Source: an uncultured Anaerolineales bacterium
GTDB lineage: Bacteria; Chloroflexota; Anaerolineae; UBA1429
Reading direction: 5' to 3'
DNA: 61,819 bases
Assembly (NCBI GenBank): GCA_964567975.1
Contig: CAZMOW010000005.1
Location: 1 to 61,819 of the forward strand
The notes beneath the pieces were generated by a model. It searched no databases, was not told the DNA's origin, and saw only the letters and a list, made by a program, of their open reading frames with translations. The position numbers and the translations under genes were made by a program. This document shows, piece by piece, positions 18,819 to 27,601 of this stretch (position 1 is the first letter of the stretch; each line of letters begins with the position of its first letter).

Positions 18819-19652
18819 ATGATACGAGAAGAGCACCAAGTTTACGAGTATTTACGACATAAGAAGCGCTTTCCCAGCATGTGGTGCGCCGGTTGTGGCA
18901 TCGGCATCGTGCTGGCGGCGATCATTCGTGCTGTGGACCGCGTGGGGGCATCCAAGGATGAGGTAGCCTTGATATCGGGTATCGGCTGCAGTGGGCGCAT
19001 GCCCGTCTATGCTGATTTCAATACCATGCATACCACCCACGGCCGTGCTCTGGCTTTTGCCACGGGATTAAAGATGGCGCGACCGGATATGCACGTGCTG
19101 GTTGTCATGGGCGACGGCGATGCACTGGCCATCGGGGGCAACCACTTTGTTCATGCGGCGAGGCGTAATATCGATCTGACGGCCATCATTATCAACAATC
19201 GGGTATATGGCATGACGGGGGGACAGTATTCGCCGGCTACTCCCAAGGGAGCCCTTACCTCGACGGCGCCTTATGGCACCATTGAGCGTGCCGTTTCCTG
19301 CTGTGATCTGGCTTCTGCCTCCGGGGCCGCCTTTATCGCTCGCGGGACCGTCTATCATGCGCGGGAACTGGATCGCTTGATAGAAAAGGGCATGCAAAAG
19401 AAGGGCTTTGCCGTCATCGAGACCATGAGCTATTGCTACACTACCTATGGTCGGCGCAACGAAAAGGGCTCCGTCGTGGAGATGATGCACGATCTGAAAG
19501 AGAACAGCATCTCTGTAGAGGCCGCCAGGGAGATGAGCGACGACGAGCGTGAGAACAAGATCGTTCGAGGCATTCTAGAAGATCGCGGTTTCCCCGAGTA
19601 CACGGAAGAGTATGCAAAGCTGATCGAACGGGCGCAGAGTGCGGCTAACTGA
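18819..19652 (+). CDS. korB: 2-oxoacid:ferredoxin oxidoreductase beta subunit (TPP-binding)
   Basis: WCAGCGIG motif and the GDGD...GGNH TPP-binding region. 277 aa. Confidence 0.85.
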   Translation: MIREEHQVYEYLRHKKRFPSMWCAGCGIGIVLAAIIRAVDRVGASKDEVALISGIGCSGRMPVYADFNTMHTTHGRALAFATGLKMARPDMHVLVVMGDGDALAIGGNHFVHAARRNIDLTAIIINNRVYGMTGGQYSPATPKGALTSTAPYGTIERAVSCCDLASASGAAFIARGTVYHARELDRLIEKGMQKKGFAVIETMSYCYTTYGRRNEKGSVVEMMHDLKENSISVEAAREMSDDERENKIVRGILEDRGFPEYTEEYAKLIERAQSAAN

Positions 19653-19818
19653 GCCCATTTTCAACATAGAGCAAAATTCTCCTGCAATCTGTGATATTTT
19701 GTGGTTTGTGCCCACCTAGGTATTGTGGCCGCATCTTTTTGGATCACTTTTTGTACACAATATATGGTCCATTGCCGATTCAGGCATACTATATGGCGAG
19801 GTGTTGAAAACGGGCTGA
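19650..19818. repeat. 16-bp imperfect inverted repeat bracketing the AT-rich korB-korC spacer
   Basis: TGAGCCCATTTTCAAC (19650-19665, includes the korB stop) and GTTGAAAACGGGCTGA (19803-19818) are complementary at 14 of 16 positions. Confidence 0.6.
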
Positions 19819-19839
19819 GGACGTCTAGAATGGAGATAT

Positions 19840-20376
19840 ATGGCACGGGTTGAAATTCGACTGGCGGGTGCGGGGGGACAGGGGCTGCTGCTGGCGGGCC
19901 TCATTTTGGCCGAGGCGGCCGTCCTCTACGATCACAAGCAGGCCTGCCAGACACAATCCTACGGCCCCGAGGCCCGTGGGGGCGCCAGCAAGTCGGAGAT
20001 TATCATCGATGATGAGCCCATCGATTATCCCAAGGTGATCGCCGCCGACGTGCTTTTGGCCCTGAGCCAGGAGGCTTGCGATGAATACTATCACGATCTA
20101 AAGCGTGACGGACTCTTGATCGTGGATTCGGTGCATGTGCGGCGTGTGCCCACGAACAGGGCCTTCAGTTTGCCCATTACCGAGATCGCGGAGGAGAGGA
20201 CCGGGCGCGCCATCACGGCGAATATCGTGGGGTTGGGGGTACTGGCCGGGCTCGCCGACGTTGTATCCAAAGGGGCGTTGCAAAAGGCCGTCGCAGAGAG
20301 GGCGCCAGAGGGCACGGCGGAGATCAATCTGGAGGCGTTGGCCGCCGGCCTGGAAGAGGGAGAGAAGCTGCGCTAG
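19840..20376 (+). CDS. korC: 2-oxoacid:ferredoxin oxidoreductase gamma subunit
   Basis: 178 aa, IRLAGAGGQGLLLAGLILAEAA N-terminus typical of the gamma subunit. Confidence 0.8.
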   Translation: MARVEIRLAGAGGQGLLLAGLILAEAAVLYDHKQACQTQSYGPEARGGASKSEIIIDDEPIDYPKVIAADVLLALSQEACDEYYHDLKRDGLLIVDSVHVRRVPTNRAFSLPITEIAEERTGRAITANIVGLGVLAGLADVVSKGALQKAVAERAPEGTAEINLEALAAGLEEGEKLR

Positions 20377-20396
20377 CGTGGGATAAGGAGTGTGTT

Positions 20397-21023
20397 TTGG
20401 CCGTGTTAAAGGGGGATGACACTTCACATAAAATAGAAAATCCGCATCCCGAGCGCGTGGAGGTGATATCCACCGAATGCACCTTCGACGGCTTTTTCAA
20501 GGTCGATCGCGTGCGGTTTCGTCACGCCAGGTTCGACGGTACTATGAGCGACGCGGTCACTCGCCTGGTGTTCGAGCGAGGCGACGCCGTCGCTGTGTTG
20601 CCCTACCATGGTGAGCAAAGGCGGGTCGTTCTTGTCAAGCAGTTTCGGTATCCCGCGCACGTGCGCGGTGGGCCTGGCTGGTTGTGGGAGATCATCGCCG
20701 GCATGCAGGAGGAGGAACTGACGCCGCAGGAGGTGGTGCGTAAGGAAGCCCTAGAGGAGGCGGGGTATTACCTCGGTGACCTCGAAAAGATAATGACGGT
20801 CTATCCCAGTCCCGGGGCTTGCTCCGAACGCGTACATATCTATATCGCGCCGTTCGAGCGGACGGATCGGGTGGCGCGTGGGGGAGGCGTCGGTTCGGAG
20901 GACATCTTGGTGCGCAGCTTTTCTCTCGATGAGGCGCGGTGTATGATAGAGGATGGGAATATCGTGGATGCCAAGACGGTGATCGCGCTGCAGTATCTGT
21001 TTCTTCATGGGGATGATATGTAG
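20397..21023 (+). CDS. NUDIX hydrolase (ADP-ribose / nucleoside-diphosphate-sugar pyrophosphatase-like)
   Basis: NUDIX-box-like GMQEEELTPQEVVRKEALEEAGY. Non-ATG (TTG) start in the track. Confidence 0.7.
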   Translation: MAVLKGDDTSHKIENPHPERVEVISTECTFDGFFKVDRVRFRHARFDGTMSDAVTRLVFERGDAVAVLPYHGEQRRVVLVKQFRYPAHVRGGPGWLWEIIAGMQEEELTPQEVVRKEALEEAGYYLGDLEKIMTVYPSPGACSERVHIYIAPFERTDRVARGGGVGSEDILVRSFSLDEARCMIEDGNIVDAKTVIALQYLFLHGDDM

Positions 21024-21087
21024 GGTATGAAAATCTCGTCTGTCTGGAGGGGCCCACTGCGTACGCAGCGGGCTATGGTATATTGAG

Positions 21088-22455
21088 GTGACGATGCGTA
21101 AAGCGCTCTTGGAACGGTGGCTGGCCCGGGTGCCCCTCTGGGATGCCACGATGGCTTTATTGTCCGCCGATGGGACACAGACGTATCTGGTGGGGGGCTC
21201 TGTGCGCGACGCGTTGTTGGAGCGCCCCGGCCATGACGTGGACATCGCGGTGGCTGGGGGGGCGATGGCCCTCGCCCGGCGCGTCTCCGACGCCCTTGGT
21301 GGCGCATACGTGCCCCTGGATGCGGAACATGACGTGGCGCGGGTGGTAACTTTTTGGGGAAACGCCCGGTATCACCTGGACTTTGCCGCCCTGCGGGCGG
21401 AGGATATAGAAGGGGATCTCTGGGCGCGGGACTATACTATCAACGCCATGGCCGTGGCCATCGACGACGGTCTGGGGGAATTCTATGATCCGACGGGGGG
21501 CGAACAGGATCTGGAGGCTGGTCTGATTCGCATCACCCAGGAGGGGGCGTTCGCAGATGATCCCCTGCGTATCCTTCGCGGCCTGCGAATGCGCGGGCTT
21601 TTTGGTTTCTCTTTGACGCCAGAGACAGAGACGTTGGCCTGTCGCTGGCTTTTTGCTTTGGAGAGGGTTTCCGCGGAGCGCATCCGGGACGAGTTCTTTC
21701 AGATACTGGGTCTCCCCTGCGCCGCATGTTCCCTCCGCTATGGCGCGGCATTGGGACTGTTCCGCGTCGTGCTGCCGGAGCTGGAAGGATGTCTGGAACC
21801 TGCGCTGGGCATTTTGGCCACGCTGGAACACGCCTTTTGCTCGGGGGAAGGGGAAGAAAGTGCGAATCTTTTGCATTCCTTTCGCAGTGCCTTGAGGGAA
21901 CACTGGGAGGAGGGATTGGCGGGTGGGCGCACGCGATGGACGGTCCTGAAACTGGCCGCATTGCTGAGCGTGATCCCGCGAGCCGCGTGTAGGGGGGCAC
22001 GTATTGCGAGGCGTTTCAAATTGAGCACACGGGAGGTTGGTTACATTGAGGATGTGATCAGGGGCAGCTTTTGGGACACCCTCTGGGATGCTGAGCACGA
22101 GGTAGATGCCCTGACCGCGCATCGCCTTTTCCGTGATGTGGCAGAGGCGGGCGTCGATGGGATCATCGTGGCCCTGGTTGGTCGTCTCGCCGACGACGGC
22201 GTACATGCGAGGGGACTATCCATCGAGGAAACTATTGCCAGAACCGAGCGGGTACTTCAAATGTGGTTCGAGAGGTATGAGGAAATCGTCGAGCCCTCTC
22301 TCTTACTCTCGGGGCACGAGGTGATTCGCTTTTTAGGGGTGGAGCCCGGCCCCATCGTGGGCCGGGCGTTACGGTACTTGACCGAGGCCCAGGTTGAGGG
22401 GCGCGTGAGTACAAAGGAGGAGGCCGAGGCCTACCTGCGCCAGAACTTTGGGTAA
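21088..22455 (+). CDS. cca: CCA-adding enzyme / tRNA nucleotidyltransferase (poly(A) polymerase family)
   Basis: YLVGGSVRDALLERPGHDVDIAV head-domain motif and DPLRILRGLR. 455 aa. Confidence 0.75.
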   Translation: MTMRKALLERWLARVPLWDATMALLSADGTQTYLVGGSVRDALLERPGHDVDIAVAGGAMALARRVSDALGGAYVPLDAEHDVARVVTFWGNARYHLDFAALRAEDIEGDLWARDYTINAMAVAIDDGLGEFYDPTGGEQDLEAGLIRITQEGAFADDPLRILRGLRMRGLFGFSLTPETETLACRWLFALERVSAERIRDEFFQILGLPCAACSLRYGAALGLFRVVLPELEGCLEPALGILATLEHAFCSGEGEESANLLHSFRSALREHWEEGLAGGRTRWTVLKLAALLSVIPRAACRGARIARRFKLSTREVGYIEDVIRGSFWDTLWDAEHEVDALTAHRLFRDVAEAGVDGIIVALVGRLADDGVHARGLSIEETIARTERVLQMWFERYEEIVEPSLLLSGHEVIRFLGVEPGPIVGRALRYLTEAQVEGRVSTKEEAEAYLRQNFG

Positions 22456-22550
22456 GGGGAACTGGTGTATGTCGCCAGGATTTCCCTTTTTCTGTCTCCC
22501 TATCGATATGGTACAATGCTTGCAGTTGATTTATATGGGGAGCACGGACA

Positions 22551-23252
22551 TTGGAGATCCAGTTCGGGGTGGCCAAGGTCGCCAAGTATGCCACCCGAGA
22601 GAGTGGGGATACCCTGGAACTTATCGAGCGCCCCCATGGGGGGCTGTCGGCCGTTCTGGTCGATGGCCAGCGGAGCGGACGCTCTGCCAAGATCATCAGC
22701 AACATTGTGGCGCGAAAGGCCATCTCTCTCTTGGGGGAGGGGGTTAGGGACGGCGCGGCTGCCCGCGCGGCGCACGACTATCTCCTCACCCACCGGGGCG
22801 GTGGGGTGTCAGCCGAGCTGCAAATAGTTTCGGGCGATCTGCGCAGCGAGTCGGTGGTGATCTCTCGCAATAGTCGCTGTCCCGCCCTCATCGTGCACGA
22901 GGGGCGGTTTCGTCGCTTTGACACCGAGAGTGATCCCATAGGCGTTCATGTGGATACAAAGCCCGTGATCATCGAGTTGCCCTTGCGATGCGATACCGTC
23001 GTTGCGGCCTTTACGGATGGCTTGGGTTGCATTGAGGATGCCTGTCTGGACGACGGGAGTTTGGAGGGCATGGTGATGCGTGCCACGCAAGAAGGTCTAT
23101 CGGCGCAGGCGCTCGCCGATATGCTTCTCTTCAGGGCCCTGGAGGTCGAGGAAGGGCGTCCCAGGGACGACATCAGCGTTCTAGCCATGGTGGTACTTTC
23201 GAGCGACATTCCTCACGGCGTGCGGCGCCTTTCGGCCAGTTTTCCCGTATAA
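22551..23252 (+). CDS. stand-alone PP2C/SpoIIE-family protein phosphatase-like protein
   Basis: SGDTLELIE...LSAVLVDGQRSGRSA (metal-binding Asp region), FTDGL and C-terminal DDISVLAMVV resemble SpoIIE/PP2C motifs. No sensor domain. An extended -10 candidate TGGTACAAT lies upstream. Confidence 0.5.
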   Translation: MEIQFGVAKVAKYATRESGDTLELIERPHGGLSAVLVDGQRSGRSAKIISNIVARKAISLLGEGVRDGAAARAAHDYLLTHRGGGVSAELQIVSGDLRSESVVISRNSRCPALIVHEGRFRRFDTESDPIGVHVDTKPVIIELPLRCDTVVAAFTDGLGCIEDACLDDGSLEGMVMRATQEGLSAQALADMLLFRALEVEEGRPRDDISVLAMVVLSSDIPHGVRRLSASFPV

Positions 23253-23298
23253 GGGCTTTTCGCTCGTTCATATGTGACGCGTTGTCTGGAGGTGGCAC

Positions 23299-23700
23299 GT
23301 GGTGGCATATATAGATGACGGCCAGGAGTTTCCAGACCCTGTTGAGGGGCGGATAGCGGTCGTTGGCGTGTGTGCCTCGGGTAAGACCGTTCTGGTGGAA
23401 AGGTTGCGCGCCCTCGGTTACGCTGCCCGTGCCTGTGCTCAGGAGCACTCCTACGTTCCCCATATGTGGCGCCTTTTGGTTCATCCCCAAGTTCTCGTCT
23501 ATCTGGAGGCCTCTTTGCGAACTGTACGGCGGCGGGGACGCACCTCTTTTGATGCGGCATATTTGCAGGAGCAACGTCACCGGCTGCGACATGCGCGCGC
23601 ATACTGTGATATCTATGTCAATACGGATGATCTTGACGAGGAAGAGGTGCTGGACCTGGTTACCGAGGCTTTGGAGGAGAGCTTTCATCTTGTGGCTTGA
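23299..23700 (+). CDS. small P-loop NTPase/kinase-like protein
   Basis: Walker A GVCASGKT near the N-terminus. 133 aa. No further family recognised. Confidence 0.4.
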   Translation: MVAYIDDGQEFPDPVEGRIAVVGVCASGKTVLVERLRALGYAARACAQEHSYVPHMWRLLVHPQVLVYLEASLRTVRRRGRTSFDAAYLQEQRHRLRHARAYCDIYVNTDDLDEEEVLDLVTEALEESFHLVA

Positions 23701-23713
23701 GGCTTTTACTGTT

Positions 23714-23742
23714 TTGACGCTTACCATGGGGGCCGATATAAT
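23714..23742 (+). promoter_or_regulatory. near-consensus sigma70-like promoter candidate upstream of secDF
   Basis: TTGACG (23714-23719), a 17-nt spacer, then TATAAT (23737-23742). Confidence 0.5.
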
Positions 23743-23855
23743 TGGTGCTCGTGTGTGAACGTATGGGGTACAATTCCTTTCCACCATAAGGGAGATATAG
23801 CGCCCGAAAGGGTGTTGATTTTTGCAGTCTTGTTGTACAAGAGGAGAGCTACTAG

Positions 23856-25214
23856 ATGCGGCAACGGGATGTACGCCTGCTCGTCCTGATCGTGATCGTT
23901 ACTGCTTTTGCCGCCTGGGTGGCGTGGCCGGGGAATCCGGGCATTCACCTTCGTCTGGGAGACGCCAGATTCGAGCGCGATCTCGATCTGCGGCTGGGGT
24001 TGGATCTACAGGGAGGCATGCGCGTTCTCCTGGAGGCCGATATGCCCGCCGGACAGACCGTGGATGGGGAAGCCATGGAGGCAGCCCGCAATATCGTGGA
24101 GAATCGCGTGAATGCCCTGGGGGTCACCGAGCCCATCGTGCAGTCCGTTGGGACCCGTCGCATTCAGGTTGAGCTGCCCGGGATCGAGGATCCGGAGGCG
24201 GCCATCGACACGCTAAAGGAAACCGGCCTGATGGAGTGGGTTGACACGGGAACAGAGTATTTGCCCCCCGGTACGGAGATAAAGACCGACTTTGACCAGT
24301 CTGTGGAAGCTGGGGAAGAGGTATCACCCACGGAAAAGATCTACCACACCGTGCTCACAGGGCGTCGGCTGAGGACGGCACAGGTGGAGTTTGATCAGAG
24401 AGGATTGCCCGTTATCGCCTTCGAGCTGGATAATGAGGGGGCCCAGATCTTTGCCGAACATACGGCGAATAACATCGGGCGCTTTTTGGCCATTGTACTG
24501 GACAAAAAAGTCATCTCCTGTCCCCGCATTCAGTCGGCGATTCCCGAGGGGCGGGGCCAGATCACGGGGGAATTTAGTGTGGAAGAAGCGAAAGCCACGG
24601 CGCTCCAGCTTCGGTACGGTGCCTTGCCTGTCCCCCTTGAGGTAGTGGATACCCGCACCGTGGGACCCACGTTGGGTCAGGATTCGGTGCGAAAAAGCGT
24701 GCGCGCCGGGGTCATCGGCCTGGTTACCGTGCTCCTGTTCATGCTTGTCTATTATCGTCTGCCCGGGTTCCTGGCCGATCTGGCCCTCCTCGTCTATGCC
24801 CTTTTGACGTTAACCGTCTTCAAGCTTGTGCCCATTACCCTCACGTTACCGGGCATCGCGGGCTTTCTCCTCTCTATAGGTATGGCCGTGGACGCCAACA
24901 TCCTGATATTCGAGCGCATGCGGGAGGAACTTCGTCTGGGACGCACCCTGCAGCGAGGCATACAGTCCGGTTTTCGTCGCGCCTGGACGTCGATTCTGGA
25001 TTCCAATGTCTCCACGTGGATCATATGCCTGATCCTGTGGTTTTTTGGAAACAGTTTTGGTGCGAGTATGGTCAAGGGCTTTGCCGTCACACTGGCCCTG
25101 GGCGTGCTCGTGAGCATGTTCACTGCCGTGGTCGTCACACGAACGTTAATCCACGCCGCTTTCGCCGTGGCGGGCAAAAGGTTGCAGGGGAAAGACTGGC
25201 TGCTGGGGATATAG
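23856..25214 (+). CDS. secD: protein translocase subunit SecD
   Basis: LGLDLQGG motif, a large periplasmic domain, then six C-terminal TM segments (GIAGFLLSIGMAVDANILIFERMREE). Confidence 0.9.
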   Translation: MRQRDVRLLVLIVIVTAFAAWVAWPGNPGIHLRLGDARFERDLDLRLGLDLQGGMRVLLEADMPAGQTVDGEAMEAARNIVENRVNALGVTEPIVQSVGTRRIQVELPGIEDPEAAIDTLKETGLMEWVDTGTEYLPPGTEIKTDFDQSVEAGEEVSPTEKIYHTVLTGRRLRTAQVEFDQRGLPVIAFELDNEGAQIFAEHTANNIGRFLAIVLDKKVISCPRIQSAIPEGRGQITGEFSVEEAKATALQLRYGALPVPLEVVDTRTVGPTLGQDSVRKSVRAGVIGLVTVLLFMLVYYRLPGFLADLALLVYALLTLTVFKLVPITLTLPGIAGFLLSIGMAVDANILIFERMREELRLGRTLQRGIQSGFRRAWTSILDSNVSTWIICLILWFFGNSFGASMVKGFAVTLALGVLVSMFTAVVVTRTLIHAAFAVAGKRLQGKDWLLGI

Positions 25215-25243
25215 GAAGGCGATGAGGGAATAAGGGAGGACGT

Positions 25244-26182
25244 ATGTTCAGTCTCGTGCAAAAACGGCGTTGGTACTTTGCTTTCTCTGCCCTGCTGATT
25301 GCCCTTGGCATGGGTGCCATGATCTATTCCACCATTTCTGTTGGTTCACCGTTGCGCTTGGGTATCGATTTCACCAGCGGCTCTCTGCTGGAGCTGCGTT
25401 TCCTGGAGCCCGTGACCCTGGAGGGGATGCGCGACAGCGTGGCAGAGGCCGGTTTCCCCGACGCCACCGTACAGACGGTGGGGGATAGGCGGACTGTAAG
25501 CATCCGCACGGAGCCCATGGATATCGATACAAAGAACGCTCTAAAGAGTCAGCTGGAGGCAAGGTTCGGCGAGGTGACGGAACTTCAGTTCGAGAGCGTG
25601 GGCCCCACCGTTGGCCGCGAGACCACCCGCGCTGCCGTCCTGGCCGTCCTGGCCGCCTCGGTGGCCATCCTCCTCTACATCGCCTTCGCGTTCAGGAATG
25701 TGCCCAACGCCTTTCGCTATGGTGTGTGCGCCACAGCCAAGATATTACATGACGTGCTCATCCTTCTGGGGGTGGGCAGCATCCTGGGCATCGCCATCGG
25801 GTGGGAGATGGATTCCCTGTTTCTCACAGCAGTGGTGACCGTTGTGGGCTTTTCTGTGGAGGACGTCATCGTCGTCTTTGACCGCATCCGGGAGAATATC
25901 CGTCGCCGGCGTGGCGAGCCCTTTGAGACTATCGTCAACCGGAGTCTTTTGGAGACTGTGCACCGCGCTCTGGTCACGCAGTTGAATGCCATCTTTATAA
26001 AGATCGCCATCATCTTTTTTGGCGGTATCACCATCCGCCAGTTCATGTTGATCATGTTGATCGGTATGGCGGTGGGGACCTATTCCTCCCTTTTCTTTGC
26101 CGTACCTTTGCTCATGGCCTGGGAAGAGGGAGAGATCGGACGTCTTTTCCGTGGTGCGGGCGAGGAGCGTGCGGCGGCATAG
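25244..26182 (+). CDS. secF: protein translocase subunit SecF
   Basis: GIDFTSG motif and SVEDVIVVFDRIREN. 312 aa, directly after secD. Confidence 0.9.
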   Translation: MFSLVQKRRWYFAFSALLIALGMGAMIYSTISVGSPLRLGIDFTSGSLLELRFLEPVTLEGMRDSVAEAGFPDATVQTVGDRRTVSIRTEPMDIDTKNALKSQLEARFGEVTELQFESVGPTVGRETTRAAVLAVLAASVAILLYIAFAFRNVPNAFRYGVCATAKILHDVLILLGVGSILGIAIGWEMDSLFLTAVVTVVGFSVEDVIVVFDRIRENIRRRRGEPFETIVNRSLLETVHRALVTQLNAIFIKIAIIFFGGITIRQFMLIMLIGMAVGTYSSLFFAVPLLMAWEEGEIGRLFRGAGEERAAA

Positions 26183-26233
26183 ATTCTCCCGCTGTGTGTT
26201 TCGGTTTACGTATCTGTAAGGTGGAGGCTGGCT

Positions 26234-27598
26234 ATGGTTAGCTTTGATCCAGCTTTGTATGAGCATGAGGGTGAGAAAGGAACGCGCCGTCGGCAGATCG
26301 TCAGTATCCTGGAAAGGGCGCTGGATGCCGTCGATCCCGCGACGGCGGTGGAGCGCCATCTTGAACGCGAGAGGGATACCCTCAGGATAGGGGACGCTCG
26401 CTACGATCTGGATACTTTTTCTGACATCTATGTGGTGGGCGCGGGCAAGGCGGGGGCTCCCATGGCCCAGGCTGTGGAGGAGATTCTTGGCGACCGTGTC
26501 ACGACGGGATGTATGAACGTCAAGTATGGTTATGCTCTACCCACGCAAAAGATCGAGCTAACCGAAGCCGGTCATCCCATTCCCGATCGACAAGGCGTCG
26601 AGGGTGCACGCCGCATCGCGGAGCTGTCGGATGAGGCTGGACCCGACGATCTGGTACTCTGCCTTATATCGGGAGGTGGATCGGCCCTCATGACCCTCCC
26701 CGTGGAGGGCATCACCCTGGAGGATATGGAGGCCCTGACCGATGCGCTCCTCCGCGCGGGGGCCACTATCAACGAGATAAATGCCATTCGCAAGCATGTG
26801 GATCGTCTAAAGGGGGGAAAACTCGCCCGCCTGGCCAATCCGGCCCGCGTGGTCTCTCTCATCCTCTCTGACGTGGTGGGAGATCCCCTGGACGTGATCG
26901 CCTCCGGGCCCACCGTTCCCGATACGAGCACCTTCACCGAGGCTTATAATCTGCTCGAACGCTATGATTTGCTGGAGACTGTCCCCGCCTCGATTGTGGA
27001 TCATCTTCGATGTGGCAAGGAGGGGGAGATCGCGGAGACGCCCAAGCCTGGGGACGCCATTTTTTGCGCGTCCCAGAACGTGGTGGTGGCTAGTAACGAG
27101 ATCGCCGCTCGCGCGGCAGTAAGGGAGGCCATGGGGCTGGGCTTCAACTCGCTGCTCCTGTCCACCTTTGTGGAGGGAGAGGCGCGGGAGGTGGCCAAGG
27201 TTTTCGTGGCCCTGGCCAAGGAGGTTCGCAACTCGGGCGATCCCGTTCCCCGCCCCGCCTGCATCATGGCGGGGGGCGAGACGACGGTGACCCTGCGTGG
27301 CGATGGGAAAGGGGGGCGCAATCAGGAGATGGCCCTGTCGGCGGCCATAGGCCTGGAGGATCTGGAGGATGTGGCCATCGTTTGCCTGGCCACCGACGGT
27401 ACCGATGGGCCCACGGACGCCTCCGGTGCTCTGGCCGATGACGATACTCTCCGTCGCGCGAAGGAGCGGGAACTCGACCCCTGGCACTATCTGGAGAACA
27501 ATGACTCCTACAACTTTTTTGCCCCCCTTGACGATCTGCTGATGACGGGGCCCACGAACACGAATGTCAACGATCTGACCTTCGTTTTCGCCTGGTAG
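26234..27598 (+). CDS. glycerate 2-kinase / hydroxypyruvate-reductase-like protein (DUF4147 + MOFRL)
   Basis: VVGAGKAGAPMAQA, LISGGGSAL and GGETTVTLRGDGKGGRNQE are typical of the MOFRL glycerate kinase family. Confidence 0.8.
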   Translation: MVSFDPALYEHEGEKGTRRRQIVSILERALDAVDPATAVERHLERERDTLRIGDARYDLDTFSDIYVVGAGKAGAPMAQAVEEILGDRVTTGCMNVKYGYALPTQKIELTEAGHPIPDRQGVEGARRIAELSDEAGPDDLVLCLISGGGSALMTLPVEGITLEDMEALTDALLRAGATINEINAIRKHVDRLKGGKLARLANPARVVSLILSDVVGDPLDVIASGPTVPDTSTFTEAYNLLERYDLLETVPASIVDHLRCGKEGEIAETPKPGDAIFCASQNVVVASNEIAARAAVREAMGLGFNSLLLSTFVEGEAREVAKVFVALAKEVRNSGDPVPRPACIMAGGETTVTLRGDGKGGRNQEMALSAAIGLEDLEDVAIVCLATDGTDGPTDASGALADDDTLRRAKERELDPWHYLENNDSYNFFAPLDDLLMTGPTNTNVNDLTFVFAW

Positions 27599-27601
27599 GC
27601 G

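Noticed and set aside
19661-19904. Minus-strand ORFs of 61-62 aa inside the korB-korC spacer
   Set aside because: They have no RBS, an odd composition, and are antisense to an operon. The spacer is better explained as non-coding.
21157-22206. 349-aa minus-strand ORF antisense to cca
   Set aside because: It is a shadow ORF, and the plus-strand frame carries the nucleotidyltransferase motifs.
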